DNA of 64,000 nt from the NCBI RefSeq assembly GCF_009914755.1, contig NC_060926.1. The stretch is one strand, 5' to 3'. Position numbers and translations under genes: made by a program. The notes beneath the pieces are model-generated. The model searched no databases. It was not told the origin of the DNA and worked only from the letters and a program-made list of their open reading frames with translations. Positions 55,941 to 64,000 of this stretch are shown one piece after another. The stretch comes from the human T2T-CHM13v2.0 reference genome, Homo sapiens. Positions within the stretch are counted from its first letter, which is position 1. The number at the start of each line of letters is the position of its first letter.

Positions 55941-56274
55941 GTCCTTAAAGAGATTTCAGAGATGCATGTGAAGGGCTGTCCTCTTTACAGAGACACACAC
56001 TAAGTAGGACCAAAATAGACAAGAGAAAGGAAAAACCTCCATCTGCGCCCCAACACACTGTTCCCCACTAACCCCACACTCCATCAGAGCCTAGACTCAC
56101 AAGCCCTTTACTGTGTTCTGATAACCACTGTGACAAAACCAATTCAATTTCACCCCTTCAGTTCAGAGGGGAAAAGAAAGAAGAGAAGGAAGTAATTTAA
56201 TGACAAAGACAGTGTCTTATTCAGCTATAGCCCCTACTGTACCTACATACAACAGGAAACTTTATATAAAGAAT

Positions 56275-58260
56275 TATTTTAAACAAATATTGAATTCTAG
56301 ATAGCAGCCTTGATTTTCACAATGTTAGCAATTTTGAATCCACTTTTTTGTGTATTCTGATATTGATCAAATAAGTAAGTATACTGTGGATAGTGGGAAC
56401 AAGTTTTCTTATAGTCAGAGAAGGGAGTTATAAATGCAGAAGCGGGAACACTAGAATAAACCTGTGAAACTGGACTGGAATTGGAGATGTCAATATGAAC
56501 CCTAGTTTCTATTAGATAGATTGGTAGACAGATAATAGATGATCAATACTGAAGTAGATGTGGACAGATATACGTATGTATATGTATATATGCACATGAA
56601 ATACATACACAGTCTAGCTCTGTCCAATGAACGGGCCTAGAACACACAACACTTAAGTAGTAATGAGCACATGTGGTATCCGGATCTTGGTTTCTAAATA
56701 CCATGTCCGCAATCAAAGGAACCAGGGCTCTCTTGAAAACTGGCTGATTCTAGGTTGGGGTTGTAGAATGATGAAATGATTCTAGAACATCTTGCTATAC
56801 TGGAAAAAGAAATAATGAGGAATGATGGGGATATGTCAAATGAAAACAAGCCAACTTGAAGGGGATCCCATTGACCAAATCTCAGATAATTTGACAAAAA
56901 AAAATGTGAATAATCAATCATAACCTACTGAATAAAATAAAAATCCATGAGTTCATACTGATTAAATATAAATAAGGTAGAAGAGAAAGGTCTTCCTTAT
57001 AGAGGAATGCCAAGTAATAAATGTAGAAATAATGATGCATTTCTAGAAAATCACCATTTGGCAAGCACCACTGTATTAATTGCTTCTGGTAGGTACCACC
57101 AACGAATGCTAAAAGTAATGTCTGAGAGCTTGATGAAAAGATGTCTACACGGTCTCAAAAAGATACTTATTAATAACTTCAGTGGAGAAACTTGGCAGAT
57201 ACCCTCTTAACCAAGTGATGGCATTCACATCACCAGTAATGGGACAAATCAATGTCACCTGCCTCTTGACATGATGTGCAACGAACTGAGAAGGACCAGC
57301 ATCTCTCCTGGGTATTCCTGCAAAAAAATGTAAAACTTGAATCTAATCATGATAAAATATTAAACAAACCTAAACTGAAGAAAAGTCTGAAATGCTGGCT
57401 TTTATTCTTCAAAAATGTAAAGTTTGTAAGGGACAAAACAAGCCCAAGGAACTGCTACATATTAAAGGAGCCTAAAGAGACATGTGAACTAAATGGAAAA
57501 TGCATGAGCTTGAAGTGGATCCTGGACCAGGAAGGTGAAAGAGCCATCATTAGGACAACGTGAGAAATTCAAATAAGGTCTGTAGATTATAGCATTGTAT
57601 TCATGTTAACTTCTGGATTTTGATCATTATATTATGGATATGTAAGAGGATATTCTTGCTTTCTGGGAAATACACACTGAAGTATTTGTTAATAAACATC
57701 ATGCTGGCCGTGTGCAGTGGCTCATGCCTGTAATCCCAGCACTTTGGGAGGCCGAGGCGGGGGGATCACAAGGTCGGGAGTTTGAAACCAGCCTGGCCAA
57801 AATGATGAAACCCCATCTCTACTAAAAATACAAAAAAAAAAATTAGCTGGGCATGGTGGCACACGTGTGTAATCCCAGCTACTCAGGAGGCTGAGGCAGG
57901 AGAATCGCTTGAACCCAGGAGCTGAGATTGCACCACTGCACTCCAGCCTGGGTGACAGGGCGAGATTCCATCTCAAAAAATAAATACATTAATTAATTAA
58001 TTAAAATAAAATAAAATAAAATAAACATCATGCCTGCAACTTACTCTCTGTAGATGTGTAACACATGTGTTATACATACATATACAGAAAGGGGCAGATC
58101 AGGCAGGGTAGGGCAGGGCAAAGCAACGTGGTGAAGTGTTCATGTTTAGGGAATCTGAATGAAAGGTGTAAGGGAATTCTTTGACTCTTCTTATTATAGC
58201 TTTTAAGTATGAAATTCTTATGTCTTAAAATTAGATTGACATAAAAAGATTTTAAAAAGG
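56275..58260 (+). mobile_element. L1MC4/5-like 3' UTR region, interrupted by an Alu
   Basis: 'ggatcttggtttctaaataccatg...aaaggaaccagggctc...tggctgattctagg', 'agtggagaaacttggcagataccctcttaaccaagtgat' and 'tggatcctggaccagga'. Confidence 0.8.
57706..58019 (+). mobile_element. AluS with a small right-arm deletion
   Basis: 14 bp TSD 'aataaacatcatgc' at 57691-57704 and 58020-58033; 'gaacccaggagctgagattg' lacks 'gcggaggttgcagtg'. Confidence 0.93.
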
Positions 58261-58607
58261 CTCTCGATAATGGAACAGATTAAAACGTTACATATTATCA
58301 TCTGACAGCAGTTAACATAAAAAAAAACCAGAGCCACATGGATCAATAGGGATATCAATAGGGATCAAAAGGCAAGTTAGATAATGTCACGGACAGCATG
58401 GTACCATTTACGTAATTTAAGACACATACAGGAAACATCACTACACGTTATTTATATAAACATACAAATGTAATAAAAGCCATACAAACCTGGCCTGGAT
58501 ACCTATTTAGTTTCATCATACTGATGATCTCTGCGGTGGAGAAAAAGGAACTGAGAATGGGAGTAAAAAGCAAAAGCCAGGGAGGGGAGTTCAAATCCCT
58601 TTGGAGC

Positions 58608-58773
58608 CAGGGCTATCCGACGCAGGCACAATCTGGACAGTCACACAGGGCCTTGAGATTGGTTTAATTCACTGCCTGATGCCTTGAAATTCTTAACAAT
58701 TTTTTAATTATTAAATTAATTAATCCCACATTTTCACTTTGCACTGGGCCCCATGAATTATGTAGCCAGTCCT
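58608..58773 (+). mobile_element. MER45A-like hAT-Tip100 element
   Basis: 'cagtcacacagggcc...tggtttaa...ccttgaaattcttaa...cacattttcactttgcactgggccccatgaattatgtagccagtcct'. Confidence 0.8.
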
Positions 58774-58912
58774 ATTTCTTTTACTTCTTTCATAAAAAAA
58801 TAACTGAAATGAATTTGCTATTTCTGGGTAGTACACACCCAGGTGTTTACTGTATTAGTCTATGTACTTTTTGGGATTTAAATATCTTTTTCAAATTTTT
58901 AATTATGGAATT

Positions 58913-59127
58913 GAATTGAGAAGAACCAGCTTCTCTCCTGGGGATTCCTGCAAAAAATATAAAACTTGAATCTGATCATGATAAAATATTAAACAGACTT
59001 AAACTGAAGAAGAGTCTGAAATGCTGGCTTTTATTCTTCAAAAATGTAAAGTTTCTGAAAGACAAAGCAAACCCCGGGAACTGCTACTTATCAAAGGAAC
59101 CTAAAGAGACAATCTGAACTAGATGGA
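58913..59127 (+). repeat. Dispersed direct duplicate of 57283-57497
   Basis: 215 bp; about 24 differences by hand alignment; offset 1630 bp. Confidence 0.9.
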
Positions 59128-59249
59128 TCTTTTCTCAAGTTCACCTTAAGGTGTTACTGTAGCCTGTGGCCATAAAACTGGGAAAAACCCCATAACAAAT
59201 CAAAATTCAGCGTTTCAAAGTGGGGTGGCCCTACAGGAGAGCTCAGTTA

Positions 59250-59575
59250 AAAGAAAAGCTCTCTGCCTGGGACACTCTTCCCTTCTGCGAGACCTTAGCA
59301 TTACTTCTTCAGACATTTTCTTAAACTCCCCATCTGTAATCCCTCCCGTCCTGCCTGGACTATCACCTCATCCCTCACCCTGTTTTGGTTTTTGCACAGC
59401 ATTTACTACTGTCTAAAAGTCTATCACTTATTTACAAAGTTACGCATTTTTTATTCTCCCTCATCAGAATTTGAGCCCTGGGAGGTCAGGGGATCTACAT
59501 GCCTCGCCTCCTGCCATGTCCGCAACACCTAAAACAGGACTTGGCACACAAGACATCTAATATACGGTGAAGAAT
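59250..59575 (+). mobile_element. L2 3' fragment
   Basis: 'cattacttcttcagacatttt...cacagcatttactactgtct...tgagccctgggaggtcaggg...cacctaaaacaggacttggcaca'. Confidence 0.6.
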
Positions 59576-60139
59576 TGAACTTAGGATGAGAGGCAGAGAC
59601 AGAGAAAGACTGGCAAAGATGGAGAGAGGCCTAAAAGTATCCATCCTTTTGGAGAAAGCTCAGAGCAAGATCTTCCAACAGGTTCTCCAATGGCCTGCAG
59701 TATGCAAGCACAGTACAACCACAGTCAAGAACCAGCAGGCCAGTGGCACACTGGTTCTTGAAAATCACCATCTCCAGTCACGTCCTGAGAACGCATATCA
59801 TGGTAACACTCCCTAGGCAGAATTAGGAGCCACTTCTTCAGATGCAGCGGCCTCCCTAGGTCATCAATTCTGGTTGTCTCAAACTTCACAACAGGGGAAG
59901 GCTGTGACCGAATCTCATCCTCATGAGGCCACAAGGCAAAGACACCTGCAAAGATGAGGGGCCTGATGCTTAAGGGCGGGGATTCCTTGGCATCTCCTTG
60001 GTGAGCTAGGATTGCCAGAGATCTCTCAGAATATTTGCACTTTCTGTGCATCTCTGCTCTTGTTCATACTGTTCCACCCCAACTTCCAACAACAGACTCA
60101 AACTTCCCTCATACACTTGCTATGATGACTGAGCCCACT

Positions 60140-60470
60140 GTACAGGCAGGGTCCTGGCAAATGGGGCAAGCTGGGTCCTGGCAGATAAGGGTTTAATAAA
60201 GGGACTATTTGCCTACCCCATTGCAGGGATATGGTACGACTCTGTCTGAGGTTAGAAACAGAAGGGTAGTGACCACCCTTTGGCCTGAAGGGCCAGAGCC
60301 CTGAGGCTACTAACAGGGTGTCGGGGAAGAGGAGAAGACCTCACTCTTCTGCCTCCCTCTGGTCTCTTGATACTCCTCATTGGCTGAACCCACCCAGAAG
60401 CCAGAGGGCAGGAGATCCTGATGTGGTTCCTACAGTGGACTTCCCTGGCACTAAGGGAGATCGGGGAGTG
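60140..60470. mobile_element. Old ERVL-type LTR fragment (LTR33/LTR41-like)
   Basis: 'gtttaataaagggactattt' and 'ctcctcattggctgaacccacccagaagccagagggcagg'. Confidence 0.5.
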
Positions 60471-62729
60471 GATCCAGGAGCCACCGATAGAAGAGACTCT
60501 GCATACTCACACTAACACTTATAACAGGGAATGTGGATTCTACCCCTTTTTGTGTGAGTTCTGCCCTTGCTTCCTGTGTGCTCGCCTTGTCTCCCTCTAA
60601 GAGTTTAGATTCTAGGCTCGTCAAGGAAGGTGAACAACCCCTAAAGAGCTTAACATATAATCATACATCATATCATAGAATGACAATAATTTAGTGATGA
60701 TGTAATAGATTACTGAACAGGCTGCCAGATTTTTCTATATTAAAAAGGACCCCAAAGTATGAGAATTTATGATATTCTGATAATAGTGATAGCAGTGGGT
60801 ATCTATCTCATTAACAGTAGCCAGAATTCTACACAACTAATTTACATTTCTACACAGGATACAGCATTACCTAGTAAGAAAAGTAAATGATGGAGAATAG
60901 TTTGCTATTCAACAAGGAAACTGCATTATCTGCCCTGCGAACAGTGCGCAAAAAAATTCTGTTGGGTATTTATTATATGGCCGTTATATAAAAATATTAC
61001 AGAAATAAAAATCCTAGGAAGAGAAAAAAAATCTTCACAAATTCTTATAGGCCTGAATGGTAATATGCTAGTGCACAATCAATTCTGATAGAAAATAAGG
61101 TAAAAGAAAAAACCTTGCTTTTTTCTTTTAGTGTAGTTTTCTAAGTGGAATAAATAATTCACTATTCCTTCAACCAAGAAACTCTCTCGCTTATTATTTA
61201 AAAATATTTACTGGTTGCAGTTACAAAATATGGTGCATTTTTCCCCCTGGCTTGCCCTTTGTATTGATGTATATCTTCTGATTATAAGAATGGTAACTCA
61301 GAAGTCATAAAGAAAAGTTTTTTGAAACACCATCTTGCTTTAGAGACAATAAGGAAAGGGTAATCAATCCAAGTTTGAAACATTCTGGGTATATCTTGGG
61401 CCATTTAGAATAATTTGAAATACCTTAAACTAGACTAATTCACATCACCTTCTATGTTCTTAAAAACTCTCCTAAAAAACATGTTCATTACCCTATTCCT
61501 AGTTCTGCAGCACTCCAGAAGGCAGAGTAACAGATCAAGTCACCACTTACCAGGTTCAGGTCCTGCCTTCCATAAGGAGAATGTCTGTTCTCCCGACAGT
61601 GTTTGTAATACTAATTGCTCTAACCTTTAATTCATTAACAACTTTGCATTCCTTTATTCATTCATTCTGACAACAAATATTTATGAGGTGAGACAGACCT
61701 AACGCAAATAGGTATTCAATGACTGTTACAGTCAGTGCTAACCTAAAGGCTACCTCACAAAAGTGGTAATTAAGTGAAGTATGAATAGTGAGTACTAGTA
61801 ATTACTTGAAACCAAAACCCAGTAGAAGCAGCCTCTCCAAATGCAAACCTTTCATAGGTTTTAATCTCATTTTCAAAGGTTGTTATACAAATGAATAGCA
61901 CCAACAAAATTCAGTAGAAAAACTTTTGCATGAAGACCAAACTTGGGTATCTTTGAGTCTTTGTCATTCAAAACCATTTTTGCACAAAACCACTATATTC
62001 CCCCATCTCCCCACAGAAAAGTTGATTTTCATCAGGGGAATGAAATGCCTGGCTATCCTCCTTTAAAAAGCAGGAGTTAATACCAATTCTAATCATTATT
62101 TTTACTGCTTTATGGTACATCTTAGGTTACTGTCTCATTTTTATGAATATAGACAATAATCATTAATTCCCCCCGGTAGTAGTACAGAATCATCTCCCTC
62201 CACTGCAACGTTTTCCCTCATAAAAGACATGGATGAAAAACATTTGGGGCACCTAATTCTTCTTTTATGGATGATCCATGAGCATAAAACTATTAATGTT
62301 TATCTCTTAAGTGTAATTACCATATTTCCCACATCAATGCCCACGGTTGAACACATCAATTAAAACTAGATATATAATTTTCACATTTCAGATGAATTTA
62401 ATTATGTGAAATCTGTTTTATGCCCTCTTGTCTATATATTTCTGGAGGTGTTAGTTTGCCAGTTCTAGAATGGGTTGTCGAATACGGGATGGCTCCTTCT
62501 ATGAACTAACCCAATCCTCCAGGCAGCTGCCATTAAGAGCAGAGAAGCCATGACTGTTCAGATTATTTTATGTTGAATAGGTGAATTCTGTTCATTTTTA
62601 GAAAACTGATATTAAGTTCAACTTACCTACAATATTTTTTATTAAAAAGTCTTCATTATTTAAAAAGTATTTCATACTAAATAATCTCTTTTGTCCCCTT
62701 CCTAACCAACTGGTAGTTCCTTTAAGACA

Positions 62730-64000
62730 AAAGTTAAAAGCAATACAGTTCCCCAAATTAAACCAAAAGTATGCACAAGAAAAATAATACAAATAACAGG
62801 AAATAAATGAAACAACTGAAAAATAAAAAAAAAATTAACAAAGCCAGAAGTCAGTTCTCTAAAAAGCCTAATAAAATTGATGACCATTTGGCAACACTGA
62901 TGAAGATTTTTAAAAAGAGAGAAAACCAAAGTTACCAATATCAAGAATAAAACAGTGAATATGACTACAGATTATACAAAAATTTAAAGTATGAGGGAAT
63001 GTTGTGAACAGCATTATGCCAGTATATTCAACAACTTAGATGAAATAGAGAAATTCCTTGAAAAATACAACTTACCAAAAGGACACAGAAAGATATAGAA
63101 AATCTAAATAACTCTATATCTGTTTAAGAAATTGAATTTGAAATTAAAGAACTTCCCAAAAGAAAACTCTAGGACTAAATGTCTCCACTGGTAAGTTTTT
63201 CCAAAAAATGAATAAAGAAAATAATACCAATCCCACACAGTGTCTTAGAAAATGAAGGAGAGAACACTTCCCAACTCATCCTGTAAAGTTATTATAATCC
63301 TAGTACCAAAACCAAAGACATTATAAGAAAATTACCAACCAAAATCCCTCATGAGCACAGATGCAAAAATCTTTAACAAAACATTATCATCTAGAAACAT
63401 ATAAAAAAAAATATGCCGCAATCAACTAGAGTTTATTTCAGGAATTAAAGGTTTGAAATCAGCGTAGTCCAATATATTAACACATTAAGTAGGAAAACTC
63501 ATGATCATTTCAGTAGACTCAGGGAAAGCACTGACACATCTATTTATGTATTTAACATAACCCAGTTGTGTTACTACACCCATTTATCCTAAAAACTTTC
63601 AGCAAACAAGGAATAGCATTTTCTTAGCCTTTAATGCACATCTAGAAAAAATGTATAGCTAAGGGCATTTGACAGTGAAATTTTAAATGTTTTTCCCTTA
63701 GGTTGGGAAGACAAAAAAGTCCACTCTCACTATCTTTATTCAACATTGTATTGGAGGTCCCTGCCTGTACAATCAGATAAGCAAGAGAAAAAAAGGTGTA
63801 CAGATTGGAAAGGAAGAAGTGAAACTCTATTATTCATCATGTGTATGTAAAAAATCTGAAAAAATCTACAAGAAAACTACTAGATCTGACAAATGAATTT
63901 AGCGATGTTTCAGAATACAAAATCTATTAGCAATAAAAATTGTTAAAAATGCTTTTTACAAGAGTATGAAAAACATCAAATACATACTTGGGGATAAATT
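62730..64000 (+). mobile_element. Ancient L1M ORF2 (RT region) remnant, runs off the window end
   Basis: 'caacttagatgaaatagagaaattccttgaaaaatacaacttacc', 'acacttcccaactcat', 'gatgcaaaaatctttaacaaaa' and 'ttcaacattgtattggaggtcc...gattggaaaggaagaagtgaaact'; many stops. Confidence 0.88.

Overview
This is primate (human-like) non-coding genomic DNA, intronic or intergenic. I could not support any protein-coding exon, rRNA, tRNA or CRISPR array. The supplied ORFs are chance ORFs or reads through Alu/L1 repeats, except one that reads a ferritin remnant. The window is a mosaic of interspersed repeats: Alus, a FAM, L1PA/L1M/L2/L3 LINE pieces, MIRs, MLT1/MLT2/MER21 LTRs, and MER5, Tigger4, Charlie1, MER53, MER45A and MER85 DNA elements. 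It also holds an old processed ferritin light chain (FTL) pseudogene that keeps a degenerate iron-responsive element. The most informative structures are: (1) an L1PA4-like insertion with an apparent ~380 bp 3' transduction, a 14-nt twin-priming micro-inversion and a 3x59 bp tandem expansion in its 3' UTR; (2) a full-length piggyBac MER85 whose internal palindrome has become a direct repeat; (3) a 215 bp dispersed local duplication; (4) two adjacent perfect AT-rich palindromes. Repeat family names come from my recollection of consensus sequences, not from a search, and boundaries of old repeats are approximate. I found no evidence of a wholly new biological system.
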